Shown here one piece after another: positions 27,330 through 40,140 of a stretch of DNA of 64,000 nucleotides. Made by a program: the position numbers and the translations under genes. The stretch comes from the human T2T-CHM13v2.0 reference genome, Homo sapiens, in the NCBI RefSeq assembly GCF_009914755.1, contig NC_060928.1; one strand, written 5' to 3'. Every line of letters starts with the position of its first letter. Position 1 is the first letter of the stretch. Below the pieces are notes generated by a model, which worked only from the letters and a program-made list of their open reading frames with translations, was not told the origin of the DNA and searched no databases.

Positions 27330-29820
27330 GTTTTCAGGTGTCTTGATGGTATCCAAATCAGCTGCTGGTTCTGGCCTAGAGAAACACAAGCATAACCTCT
27401 ACCTCAAGTTATTATTTTACCTATTTCCCAACTTTTTGTTATCGGATCTCTCCACCAAACCAGTTGTTATGCTTCTGTTTTTTCAGCTGGTTTCTGTAGA
27501 TGCTGTTCAGCTGCTGATAGCATCTGGCCTTTAGGCAGGCTCAAAAAGTTTTAAGTCAATAATGCATACGTGGTGTCCCATAGTCCCTGTTTCCCCCTTT
27601 TTGCTTTTGCAACTGCTGTTTCAGGGAGAGGTTCATTCTTTCAACTATGGCTTATCCTTGAGAATTATATGGGATACCAATAATGTGTTTAATATTCCAT
27701 ATAGAGAAAAATATAGCTAGAGCTTGGCTAGTACAGCCTGGGGCATTCTCTGTTTTAATAGAAGCTGGAATGCCCATCACCACAAAACACTGCAAAAGGT
27801 GACATTTAACATAGGCAGAAGACTCTCCTGATTGGCATGTAGCCCAAACAAATTGAGAAAAGGTGTCCACACATACACGTACATAAGCTAGTCCCCCAAA
27901 CGAAGGAACATGGGTGACATCCATTTGCCAAAGAGAATTAGGTTCCAATGCACCTTTTGGCAAGTTGGGCATCACTGGATAATAGCTTTCGCTTCTTGTC
28001 AGGTAATGCTCTATCTGTGTTTGAGACCAGAGGCATTAACATAGGTAAAATTGTGCAAGTGTCTAGCATTAGATATTGCAGTAGCAACTAGGCGATCAGC
28101 CATTTGATTCCCTGCAGTCAAAGGTCCTGGGAGAGATGTATTAGCCCTAATGTGAGTGATGTAAAAAGGGTGCATTCTACTCCTAACTTCTGTTTGCAAT
28201 TGGGTAAATAATGTCATCAGTTGTTGATCTGTATGGAATTGTAGCTGAGCATTTTCAATTAATTGTGTGGAATGAACCAAGTATGAACAATCATAGATCA
28301 CATTAATACGCATATTAAAAGCAGTCAATACCTCAATTTCAGCTACAAGCTACGCTTTTTGAGTAGGGCATACTTTTTGAAGTATAGGGCATCTGAAAAT
28401 CTTTACCTTTCAAGCCAGAATAAGAAGCTTTACCATTACTAGACCCATCTGTGAAGACATTTTCAGCACCTTCACTTGGTTTAAATTTAGTTATTTTAGG
28501 GATAATCCAATTAGTTACTTTCAAAAATTGAAACACTTTCATTTTAGGAAAATAGTTATTGAGAATACCCACAAAGTCAGCTAAATGGGTTTGCCGAGTA
28601 AGACTATTTATAAAGGCTTGCTGTATTTATGCCTTTGTGAGAGAGACAATAATTTTTCCACAATCATATCCACGTAATTTAACAATCTGAGTTCTCCCAT
28701 TTCCTATCATAGTAGTGATTTGATCAAAATAAGGAGTTAGAGCCCTTGAATTAGTATGTGGTAGAAAAAGCCACTCTACAAGATCTTGCTCTTGAACAGT
28801 GACACCAGTAGGTGACTGCCAAGTTGAAAAAATTAGCAAATCTAGAGTCTTCTCTGAATCTGTTATATGTATTTGAGTCGTATGCACTTGCTTCTCAATT
28901 AGCTGTAACTCTGCTTCAGCCTCCTTTGTTAATTGCCAAGGGCTAGTGAGACTAGGATCTCCTCTAAGGATAGAAAATAGATTACTCACAGCATAGGTAG
29001 GAATGCCTAGAGCAGGTCATATCCAATTAATATCACCTAGTAATTTTTGAAAGTCATTTTATGTTTTCAATTGATTCCTATGTATGGTTACTTTCTGTGG
29101 CACTACTGTAGTGTCATTTACTAAGGTCCTCAACTAGGAGTACAAAGTAGTAGTCTGAATTTTGTCAGGAGCTATAATTAAACCAGCATGAGAAATCTAA
29201 TTTTGCTAGTGATCATAACACTGGAGTAATATTTCTTGAGCGGGGGCAGCACAAAGTATATCATCCATATAATGGATAATGTAACACTGTGAAAATTTTT
29301 TATGAGTAGGTTCAATTGCTTGCCCTACATATGTCTGGCAAATTGTTGGACTGTTTAACTTGTCTTGTGGCAACACTTTCCAATGAAAATGTTTAGCAGG
29401 TTGCAGGTTGTTTACTGCAGGAATTGTAAATGCAAACCGTTCACAGTCCTGCTCAGCTAAGGGGATAGTAAAGAAACAGTCTTTTAAATCTATGACTATT
29501 AAAGGCCAATTTTTTGGAATCATAGCAGGAGAAGGCAATCCTGGCTGTAATGACCCCATAGATTGTATAACTGAATTAATGGCTCTAAGATCTGTCAACA
29601 TTCTCCATCTACCTGATTTTTTCTTAATAACAAAGACTGGAGAATTCCAGGTGGAAAATGTTGGAGCTATGTGCCCTTTTTCTAATTGTTCAGTAACTAA
29701 GTCCTCTAAAGCCTCCAGTTTCTCTTTACTTAGCAGCCATTGTTCTATCCAAATTGGTTTATCTGTTAACCATTTTAAAGGTATAGGTTCTGGAGGCTTA
29801 ACAATGGCCACCATCAAAAA
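27330..29820 (-). pseudogene. pol: HML-3 pol (RT, RNase H, integrase), disrupted
   Basis: [30 protein letters not shown] and YMDD (RT); FTDGSSNG (RNase H); WQMDVTH..KTEN..GIPYNSQG (IN); many stops and frameshifts. Confidence 0.95.
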
Positions 29821-30535
29821 TGATATCCTAAACCTTGGCGGGAACTTTATCTTTCCACTTGAAGTGGTTCCTTCAAACCTTGCAAATTTTTTCCTAGTCC
29901 CATACCAGGGACATACCCCATTTCATGCATCATATGTTGACTTTAAGGGCTGTATAATTGCTCTGGAATTAGAACTCGTGGTCACCATTGTTGTAATAAA
30001 TCTCTTCCCCATAAATGTATAGGTACAGAAGTTACAATTGGTTGAATAGTCAAGGTTGTCCATCGGGCCCATCACAATGCAAAATATAACTGCTTTGATA
30101 TACTTTAGGGGCTTTACCAACTCCAAATATGTTAAATTGGAGGGGTTGAATTGGCCACGTGGATGGCCAGTGCTGTAGAGAATGATTGAAATGTCTGCTC
30201 CTGTATCTACCAAACTTTTAAATTTCTTTCCTTGAATAGTTTTTTCACAGGTAGGACATTTATCAGTAATTTGACTCACTCAATAATCTGCTTTGCCTTG
30301 TTTATTTGTGCTCCCAAATCCTCCTGTTCATTTAGTTTCACTTTTCCCCATTTCCACATAAGGCGCAATCAGGAGCTGTGCTATATACTCTTCTGGCTCT
30401 GCTTTCCAGGGAACAAAAGTAGATATAATAATTTGAATTTCCCCATTATAATCTGAATCAATGACTCTTGTATGTACTTGCACTCCTTTTAAACTTAAAC
30501 TAGATCTACCTAGAAGTAAACCTACCATCCCCATT
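29820..30535 (-). pseudogene. pro: HML-3 pro: partial dUTPase, aspartyl protease, G-patch
   Basis: GLLLGRSS..VIDSDYNGEIQI..IAQLL (dUTPase), LVDTGAD (protease) and [11 protein letters not shown] at ~29890-29925 (G-patch). Confidence 0.9.
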
Positions 30536-31055
30536 GATGTCATCTGACTGGAGACAGCAACATTCTTTAACAGTCCCATTACAAAAGGAGAACCTGGTCC
30601 ATATTGGTTAATAGCTTGTTTAAATTCTTTGAGTAATTTAAAAGAAAAAGGCTCAAATGTAGCTATAATATTTCCCTGTTGATCTAGAGGGGTGTATCCT
30701 AACAGGGAACTGCCAAGCCTCACTTTCACCCTCTCATCTAACTTGCTGAAATCCTGCCTGAATAGAACTGAGAGTGGTCACTTGTGGCACTGCTCAATCA
30801 CTGGGGCAACTACTTTTGCCCAGAATCCTCCGGAAAAGGAAGATCTGGAGGGTCAGGCCACTCTTTTTCTTCAAAATAATGAGGGGGTGCAGAAAGGTAG
30901 GGACAGGCCTCTCCCTACTTTGCTGCTTTAGCTTTAGCTGGCAAGCAAACCTGCTCTGTCACCTCTTCTATTACATTATACTCGCCTTCCTCCTCATCAT
31001 CAGTGTGAAAAGTTTCCAAGGTGGAACAAACCAGAGCCTACACTTGTTCCATTGT
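30536..31055 (-). pseudogene. gag: HML-3 gag remnant (truncated within capsid)
   Basis: FEPFSFKLLKEFKQAINQYGPGSPFVMGLLKNVA is the betaretroviral CA N-terminus; PSAP late-domain-like codons near 30890. Confidence 0.85.
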
Positions 31056-31182
31056 TACCCTGATGCTTCTGAGCTCCCCTTCTTACTCACCAAGGGGATT
31101 GCTTAAGAGTACTCTGGTGTCCTCCAGCATAGTTCCACGTTTTCCAACCATCGTTCTGGTGACCCTTTGACCTGGGTTTGAG

Positions 31183-31200
31183 CCCCATGTATGGGCACCA
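31183..31200 (-). promoter_or_regulatory. Primer binding site, tRNA-Lys-like
   Basis: The reverse complement TGGTGCCCATACATGGGG lies 2 nt from the 5' LTR and resembles the Lys PBS TGGCGCCCAACGTGGGGC. Confidence 0.8.
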
Positions 31201-31202
31201 CT

Positions 31203-31259
31203 TGCCAAGACCAGCTCGGTTGTGGAGACCCTAACCCAGTGGCGCTAGAGAACTTAAAG

Positions 31260-31292
<33 letters not shown>

Positions 31293-31700
31293 TATAGAGT
31301 GCGGAGTGGGAATCAGGGTGCTGACAGCCTTCAGAGCTGAGAGCCACAAACATAGTTTTACCCATATATTTATTGACAGCAAGCCAGGGATAAGCATTGT
31401 TTCTATAGATTGTAGATCAACTAAAACGGGAAACAAAGGGATGGGCTGTGGCTAGTTATCTGCAGCAGGAACATGTACTTAAGGCACAGATCGCTCATGT
31501 TATTGTTTGTGGTTCAGGAATGCCTTAAGCGGTTTTCCGCCCTGGGTGGGCCAGGTGTCCGTTGCCCTCATTCTGGTAAACCAACAACCTTCAGCGTGGG
31601 CACCATAGCCATCATGAACATGTCACAGTGCTGCAGAGATTTTGTTTATGGCCAGTTTGGGGGCCTGTCTATGGCCAGATTTGGGGGCCTGTTCCCAGCA
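31203..31700 (-). repeat. 5' LTR (MER9) with expanded (CA)n
   Basis: About 90% identical to 25537-26001 by manual alignment; (CA)n at ~31260-31288. Confidence 0.93.
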
Positions 31701-32400
31701 AGTGTGGTTTGGGTCTACCTTCCTGTGAAACCAGTGAGAACCTGAGGGCAATCTGTGATTATTTCCTCAGTTTTGTAATTAAAAATATTCATAACTAGTA
31801 ACTCACATTTCTACATTGATACCCTGATCCATAGAGTTAAGACTGTTATGGCAATACAGGTGAATTGGAAGTGATTATAACTGCCTCTATCAGCCAAAAC
31901 AGTCAATCAAATGTAATACCATGTTACTTAAGGAATTTCAGAGATTGATGCTACCATCGCGATGTAGTGGAGGTGAATTCCTTCGTATGTTCACTCAACT
32001 TGCCTTTTTTACCTGTGCAGAAGACAGATGAGTCTTAGAAAATGAGAGTGGATTACAGAAAATGTAATTGGTTATACTTATTGCAGATTATGTTCTAAAT
32101 GTAGTTGAAGCACTGGACCAAATTAGCACATCTGGCACCTGATATGTAGGTATTAATCTGACAAATGCTTTTTTCCCCAAAACCTGTTTATAAAGATTAT
32201 CAGAAGCAGTTTTCCTTTTTCTAGCTTGGCAGAAATAAATCTTTACTGTACTACTCAGGGGTACATTAATTATCAAGGCCTGTGTTAAAGGACCCTTGAA
32301 TGCTTCTCCATTGCACATGATGTGATACTGATTCATGAAATTGATGATATGCTGATTTAATGGATCTACTACCATGCCTGGTGGCCATGATTAGTAGGCA
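31701..32400 (+). mobile_element. Continuation of the ERVL-type element (pro to RT)
   Basis: cctgtgcagaagacagatgagtcttagaaaatgagagtggattacagaaaa reads PVQKTDES*KMRVDYRK; attaatctgacaaatgctttt resembles IDLANAF. Confidence 0.8.
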
Positions 32401-32929
32401 AGACTGCAACCCTATATTGGTAGAACCACTGAAACCCTCAGCCTCTCAAGAATAAAGGATTGTATCACTCCACCAAGAAGATAATTATTTCTAGCTAGAA
32501 TACAGAATCTGAGGGAGCATGAAATGTTTGTTGGAAGTTAAAGATTTGTAACTGTAAAAATAAAGTTTATATAGATTCTCTTTGTATTTATTTCCTTGGA
32601 TTGCAATGTGTAAATCTGTATCTGTTTAACAAATATTCCCACTACATATCCCCACCACTAGCGACAAATGTATGATGGTTAAATACACCATAAATTACTC
32701 ACTTTTTAAAATATTGAAAATCAATTGCAATGAGATTAATGAGGGTTTTTATTCTGAGAAGCTAAACTTAAAGTAGGATACTAAAATAACTAATACAACT
32801 TTGGATATTCTGTAATACTTGAAGGAGACATATAGTTTTGTTTGTTCCTGGAATATTTTTCTTATGTTAATCTTGAGATTTCAAGAATTATATTAGGCAA
32901 TAAAGATGTATGCTAGGCAATGCAATGAC

Positions 32930-33345
32930 TTTATTATAACAGACATGTGATTTTTGTCTTGGCCAACCTCCTCTTCTTGATTGTCTTATGTGGAATTACT
33001 TCATTGTTATCCAATGGAATTTGGTTGTATACATTAAGTTACTCTTTCTCAGCTACAAAAGGCAAACATTTTTCTCAACCTTGGTCAATTAGAAGATTTC
33101 TCCCTGTAATATAAATCTTCAACAAAATGATAAAAGAGCCTGAAAATTCAGAAAGTAGCTTTACTCTTTATAAGGCAGGATCCTATAGTTTTCTGCTTTC
33201 TGCCTCTGTGATGCTTTTTTGGTTTTGGCAAACTTTCAAGCTGGGTTTTCATATTTCCATAGATGTAAACTCTCTGTACAATTTTGCTAAAGATAACTAA
33301 AGTTGAAATCTGTTGCTTGCAACCAAAACAACCTTAATTTAAAGA
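32930..33345 (+). mobile_element. Old MLT1-type LTR, possibly the 3' LTR of the ERVL-type element
   Basis: The end tctgttgcttgcaaccaaaacaaccttaat matches MLT1J/K/L-type termini. Confidence 0.5.
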
Positions 33346-35884
33346 GCATTCTAATAGTTACTTTCCTCTCCTCTATTTTTTAACTATCCTATGTCAGCAA
33401 GTGACAGAATCAATTGTAACACCTTTGCCTAATGGTGCGAGTTCCTTGTCTATTCTTTGTATTGAATTGTATTGCCACTGAGATTTAATCTTTACCTTTG
33501 GGATATATGTGCATTTTTATACAGACAGACACAAACAAATGAAAGCAAGATTTTGTTTGTGTGTTCTCTTGAGAAGACACTAGAATGTGGAAGAAAGGAT
33601 GAGGGAGCATTTCATTACCTCAAACTGATAGAGAATTCTCTAAGGAGACAAGAAGTAATATGTCAAATGTTAGTGTGGACTATTGCAATTCAACTCCTAT
33701 AATCCCCAGGGTGACATTCTTATTTGTGTATTTTAGCATGGCTAAAAACATTTGGTTCATAGTTGCTAAGAGTTAAATAAAGGAAAATAGGTTAAAAACC
33801 AGTCTCTCCTCAGAGAGAAGGGAAGAAATAAAGAAAGAGCAAGGAACATCTTGGCAAAATGTAAAATGTGGAAGTGGATGCCCAGGGGAAAACTCAGCTT
33901 CCCCAAATGAGACAGCAAGAAAACCTGCCAGAGACACACAAGGGAAATATGCCAAGATAACATATTTTCTCCGAGGGAAACAGAGTCTGAGAGGAAAAAC
34001 AAATTGAAATTGGGGAAATAACTGAAAATAAAATCTGAAGCAGTAAGGAGACAAAAGGTAATGAGCATAAGACACAGAGGAGATAAAAGATGAGGTTCCA
34101 TTTATTTGCAGATGTTTGTTTTTATTTGAATACATATGATAATTATTTTTCTTCCAAAATAATATTGTTAACAAGAAAAATTTAACTATTCATGCATACA
34201 GCTTTATTACTATCTTATTATATAATGAATTATTGATGATGAATGTAACAAAGTGTTTATTATTAATCACAAATCTGCATTAGAGTTAAGATTCAGTTAG
34301 TAGCAACATAATTCCCAGTAGTGACTAGAATGTTACAATGTACTTCTTGTGTGAAGAATATGGTTGCAATATTATGAGTATTATGAGATCAGGTTTTCTG
34401 TTTTTTTTTTTTAAGCAAGCCATTCTACTACTTTAAAGGCAAACTATAGAAATAAAAGTACACTTAGGAACAATGAAACATCCCAAAATTATAATAGCAT
34501 GGTAAAATTATAATGAAATCACTTTAATATCTAGCACTTAAAAAACAAATGTAAATTTATATATAGAATTGAACTTCCAAAATAATGACATTAAATTTTG
34601 ACAAAATATTTAAACTTAAAAAAAATCCTAGAATAATCATCCACGAGTGAAGAGACTACAATGTCAGCAAAAGAATAATTACTCTTATTGATACTTTATA
34701 ACTGAATAGATAATTTCACCAAATGTCTTTTATTAAGACAAGGCAGTAGTAATTTCTCACTGTGTTTTTGTGAGAATTGAAGTCATATAATATCCATTAA
34801 AGTGTTTTGAGAAATAGGTTTTGATAAAGATAATTTTACTATGATTTTTTAAAGAATCTGATGAGTAATCCAACGTTTAAAAATGATAACCCAATAACAT
34901 TTAGAAAGATATATAAAGGCATTTACTATCCTTTAAGGTACAAGCTAATGAATATTGTAATGAAAGCTAGCAATCATATATTTTATTTAATATTAAATTA
35001 TATTTATTTAAAATATTAAATGGCAACCTATTTTCATATTAACTAGAAAATGAGCAACTGTTTTTCAGCTGAAATTCAAAAGTGTTTCTATTATTTTACA
35101 TTTATGAATAATCATAAGAGTTCAAGGAACATGAAGCATTCAAGTATGAACCCATTTTAATAATGTTCAGCCTATTGATTAGATAAACACAGGATTACTG
35201 CTGAAATATATCGAAAGGTAGCCAACCTTTAAAAATTATATTTCTTTTCCAATATATTATCTGAAATGACAAATGTGCTTTTGAAATACTAACATCCTTA
35301 TGCATTATGATCTAGGTTAGGTCAAGCTATGTAACAGGCAACAAATGTTTCTTTGCAACGCCACATTGAAAAATGTGTAAAAAGAAATAAGATAAAAGTT
35401 ATTCAGGAACTTCTTTTTTTCTGGTTTCTGGGTCATTTATTTATTGTTTGAAAATGTCAGGGGCAAGACAAATATTAATCATTTCTTTTATTTGTTTAAA
35501 AAAATAATGTTGAAATGCTTTCTTTTTTTAAGTTTAATTTATATCACAAGTAGTGGTGGAACGTTCCAAAGCTCTTATCATTTTCTACAGCCTTTACATT
35601 TCTGGCACTGAACTGAATGTAATTGATGATATACAAGCATTTTCAGGTTAAAAGTTTTAGAAAACAGGTCAGTGCTACAAGCTTTTTTATTTCTATACTA
35701 TCCCTACTTTTTTCCATACATACATACCTGCTGTGTTTTTTTAACATAAAGAATATAAAATAAGGTTAACTTAGATTTAAAATAACCTGGATAAAATTAG
35801 CTAACTTCCTGTAACATTTATTTTTACTGTACACAATATCTTTTTTTCTCATACGAATTGTGGCTAACAACTTGACCCATTTTT

Positions 35885-36185
35885 TTCAACTGAATTGCTT
35901 TCCCCAAATTTATGTGTTGAAGCCCTAACCCCCAAAACCTTATAATGTTACTGTAAGAAGACAAGATTAGGACATACAGAGAGAGAGATACTAGAAAAGG
36001 CTACTTGAGAACATAGCTAGAAATCGTCTATTTGCAAGTTAAAGTGAGAGGTCTCAGGAGAACCCAAACCTGCCCAAAACCTTGATCTGAACATTTAGCC
36101 TCCAGAACTAAGAAAAAATAAATGTCTGTTGTTTAAGCCACCCAGATTATGGTATTTTATTAGGCAGCTCTAGCAAACTCACGCA
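35885..36185 (+). mobile_element. MaLR LTR (MLT1B-like)
   Basis: aaatttatgtgttgaagccctaacccc..ccttgatctgaacatttagcctccagaact..aaatgtctgttgtttaagccacccag. Confidence 0.85.
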
Positions 36186-36809
36186 CTCATAGAGACTTTT
36201 TTTTATTTTTCCCTTTTAATTTGCTTTCCTCTGCCATGAGAAGAAAGTTATTTCTGTAATGAATCAGGTATTATCAAGTTTTTAAATTAGACAACATATT
36301 TGTTTATGTTGGGTATTATTTTTATATAAATCAGAACTCTAAGCTATCATATTGAAATAAACCAAAAAACCAATAATATTACTAGACTTTAACATGGGCA
36401 ACACAGGTTATTTTAATTCATTCTGAAGGTTATCCTTTATAGTCAGCAAAGTTTTAAAGAATCACTGTCTAACCCAACCAATTTTAGAGAATGGTAGGTG
36501 TAACAGAGATACTCAGTTTCTTGTCAAATTATCTTCAATTTTATACTTGTAACTTTTTATGATACAGTGATATAGCAAGATCCTAGAGTGGCATAGGCGC
36601 AAAAATAATACAATTGAAATACATAAAATAAAATTTTATTTATAGACATCTACTATTATGTTTTATTGTAATTTTATATGAGTAATTTGTTTTACAAATT
36701 CAGTTTATTTATGCTGAATTGGCAATGCTCATGGTGCCATTTAATTGTAGAAAATGAAATCAGAACAATGCATCACTTAATGTCACAAAGGAGGATTGCT
36801 GGTAAAAGA

Positions 36810-36965
36810 TTATTCGTTAAAGAGACACGAGCTCTGAGTCAAAGACCAGGTTCTAATAAGCTGTGTGACCTTGAGGGACTCACTTAATCTTATTGGCTTC
36901 ACATCTACACAAATGAGACACTTAGAAAGAATAATTCTAAAATCCATACAGCTTTAATATTCTAT
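36810..36965 (+). mobile_element. MIR/MIR3 fragment
   Basis: gagtcaaagaccaggttcta..agctgtgtgaccttgagggactcacttaatct. Confidence 0.65.
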
Positions 36966-37529
36966 GATGGTCAGACATAGAATATTAAGGTTGGATGAAG
37001 TATCTTTTATGCATAAATATATAATTCTATACATTTTAATAAAAGTTGAAGTTTTAAAGCTATGTGTTTGTGTTGTTTGTACTGTCCAATATTTAAATAT
37101 ATTCACTGATGTCATTACTTGATTATCTAATTCATAGACCACAACTTACAGAATAAACATGCAAGGATTTGACCATCATTGCCTTCTAGTACTAGAAGAT
37201 ATAACTGAGGGATTAGCAGCAGTGATTGATGGCCATGCTCACACAAGATTAGAAAGTGGCTAGAGGATGATGGTAATAATAATTAACTTTCTAGGGAAGT
37301 ATGCTGAACAAAATCGTTCTCTATGACAATGCTGGCATATCTGTCACAAGTTAAATGGAACAACATATTTTTCCTAATATGTTAAGGACTATGTGCCATG
37401 CTTTGGATTAGATGTTTCACATGCAGAAATAAGATTCTCTATTTTCAATATGAGGAGAGTTTATTTTAGCAGAGTACATAACTATGTATATAGGTATGAG
37501 GGTGTGTAAATATATATATATATATATAT

Positions 37530-38482
37530 AACTTATTCTGTAGAGAAGTTTTAGATTCACAGTCAAATTGAGAAAAAAGTACCAAGAGTTCTCATATATT
37601 TCTTTTCCCCCAACACGCACAGTCTCCTCCATTATCAACCTCCCACCCCAGATTGGTGCATTTGTTACAATGGATGACCTTCCATTGTCACATCATTATC
37701 ACTGAAAGTCCATAGTTTATATTGGGATTCACTGTTGGCATTGAACATTGCATGGGTTTTGTCAAATGTGTAATGGCATGTATTCACCATTGTAGTATCA
37801 AACTGAATAGTTTCACTTCCCTAAAAATCCTCTGTGCTGCCTATTTATCCCTCTCCTCCTTCAGATCTCTGGCAACCACTGATATTTTATTGACTTTATA
37901 GTTTCGCCTTTTTCAGAAGTTCTTTTCAGTGGAACTATACAGTATGTACCCTTTTCATATTGGTCTCTTTCTCTTAATAATGTGCACTTAAGTTTCTTCC
38001 ATGTTTCTTAAGGCTTTATAACTCATTTCTTTCTGACACTGAATGATATTCCATTGTCTGCTGTATTACAGTTTATATATTCATTCACCTACTGAGGGAT
38101 ATCTTGGTTGCTTCCAAGTTTTGGTAATTGTGAATAAAACTGCTATAAAATCTGAGTGTAACCACCAAAGAGCATGATTGCTGAACCATGTAGTATGTTT
38201 AGTTTTGTAAGAAATTGCCAAATTGCTTTTCCAAGTGGCTTTACCATTCTGCACACTCCCCAGTAATGAATGAAGAGTTTCTGTTGTCCCACATTTTTGC
38301 CAGCATTTGGTGTTGTCAGTGTTTCAGATTTTCACCATTCTCATAGGTATGTAGTAACATCTTATACATTGACTATGCAATTCTCTAATGCCATACGATG
38401 TTGAGCATTTTTAATACACTTATGTGCCATTTTTATATCTTCTTTAGTTAGGTCTGTTTTCACGTATTTTGACCATTTTTAA
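37530..38482 (-). mobile_element. L1MC-like 3' end
   Basis: ttttagattcacagtcaaattgag..catttgttacaatggatg..ggatatcttggttgcttccaagttttgg..gaaattgccaaattgc. Confidence 0.85.
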
Positions 38483-38587
38483 ATGTATACATTGTGAATA
38501 AAACCACATATGCAAACCACATATGCTCCACATTAAGAATCTCTGCTCTGGTAGACTACCACTAAATGATATTAAGATGTGTTATTG

Positions 38588-38891
38588 AGACTGGATGCAG
38601 TGACTCATGCCTATAATCCCAGCACTTGTGAGAGGCCAAGGTGGGCAAATTGCTTGAGCTCAGAAGTTTAAGACCAGTATGGGTTACATGCTAAAGCCTC
38701 ATCTCTACAAACAACACAAAAATTAGCCAGGTGCTGTGGCACACACCTGTAATCCTAGCTACACTGGAGGGAGGGAGGACCCCTTGAGCCTGGGAGGCTG
38801 AAGTTGCAGTGAGCAATGATGGTGCCACTGCACTCCAGCCTGGGTGACAGAGTGAGGTGCTGTCTCAAAAAAAAATAAATAAATAAATAAA
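38588..38891 (+). mobile_element. AluJ
   Basis: gcagtgactcatgcctataatcccagcac..ttgcttgagctcagaagtt..gcagtgagcaatgat followed by an (AAAT)n tail. Confidence 0.9.
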
Positions 38892-39389
38892 GTATTTTTA
38901 ATTAAAGATACTTTAATAAAAATTAGAATTAGATTAATATAAGATGTATGTATTTAGTGATTTCAATGACCTAATGCAATACTTAAAGACAAATACAATA
39001 CAGTACATAAGAAAAGTACTTGGCAGATCATTTGACCCCCAAAATTCCTAATTTTCTGATACTAGAATTGAAAAATAATTGAACAAATTGTAGTATAAAA
39101 AGAAAAGGTTTTTAAAAAATGATAGTGAAATGCCAAAAACTAAATAGGAAACTGTGCTAAAAACAATTTTTTAATAGAGAAGGAAATCAATACAAAACAA
39201 GACAAATTTAAATAATGCTTTTCACCTATTAAATCAGTAAAATATTTGTTAAATTTCAGTCTTAGAGAAATTGGAAAGCAGTTACTTTCGTAACTTTTTG
39301 GTAGAAGTATAAGTAGTTTTAATTAATTTGAAGGGAAATTTGATTTCATTCATAAAAACAAAGACTTCTGCTGAGACGGTTTTTAAAAA

Positions 39390-40140
39390 GGGCACTCAGT
39401 TACTGCTTTGAGGATATCTAGCATTCACATTGTGATGACCTATACCAGTCTACAGTGAAATAAACCAAGTTTCTTTGGAGAAGTAGCCATTCTAATGCTG
39501 GGTAAAAAATACAAGATAAGCCTGTAGGATTTTGTAATATCAGAAGATAGAAGCTAAAAAATAAATAAATAAAAATGTTTAAGAAATTGTAAGAGTACAT
39601 CAAAGGATATAGGAGAAAAACTAAAAGAGTTCTTAAGGGCTAAAACTGGAACAATTTGAGGAAGTAAATAAATAATGTAACATCAAATAATAACCAGAAG
39701 AAAAAAATACTATTTATTGTTTATTCAATTATTTATATTAGTAGAAACTCCATACTCCATGTCCACACACATATAAATCATTGAATAGATAAATGAATAA
39801 GGCCCATACTAATATAAATAATTGAATAAATAAATAAATAATAAGGTCCATACTAATATAAATAATTGAATAAATAAATAAATGGTTGGGGAGATACAAT
39901 TCTTTCTTATAGAAAAACTCCGGATAATTTATGCAGATACTTCTCTCATCAAGAGGTGGAATTTATTCTTGAAAATGGAAAAAAAGAAAAATAAATTTAA
40001 GATGGAGGAACTTGGCAAAAAGTTGACCATGTGATAAACTTAACATCATCAGTGGTGAACCATGCTGATAGCTTGGCTCCTGATAAGATGTGATGAGAAG
40101 ATTCTTTCTCTCTGTGATTTTTCTCTCAGTAACCCATCAT
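39390..40140 (+). mobile_element. L1MC3/4-like 3' UTR fragment with an internal ~44 bp tandem duplication
   Basis: ggctaaaactggaacaatttgag..aacatcatcagtggtgaaccatgctgatag..gatgtgatgagaag. Confidence 0.65.

Larger units (their letters stand above)
25537..31700 (-). mobile_element. HERV-K(HML-3)/HERVK9 provirus, internally deleted, with two MER9 LTRs
   Basis: Direct-repeat LTRs, Lys-type PBS, PPT, and gag-dUTPase-pro-G-patch-RT-RNaseH-IN-env order on the minus strand; flanks agttt/agtgt may be a degenerate TSD. Confidence 0.93.

Noticed and set aside
29206-29817. 203 aa RT ORF as a functional or domesticated enzyme
   Set aside because: Truncated shortly after YMDD, LPQG is mutated to LPQD, and the downstream pol is frameshifted.
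29408-30022. 204 aa plus-strand ORF
   Set aside because: Antisense shadow of the HML-3 RT frame with a non-ATG start and no recognisable domain.
33766-34174. Overlapping 111 and 133 aa hydrophobic minus-strand ORFs
   Set aside because: They reflect the complement of purine-rich sequence that looks like a decayed L1/HAL1 ORF1; no domain or splice support.
39760-39885. Repeated units as a CRISPR-like array
   Set aside because: Only two or three adjacent AT-rich copies with no unique spacers, in eukaryotic L1 context.
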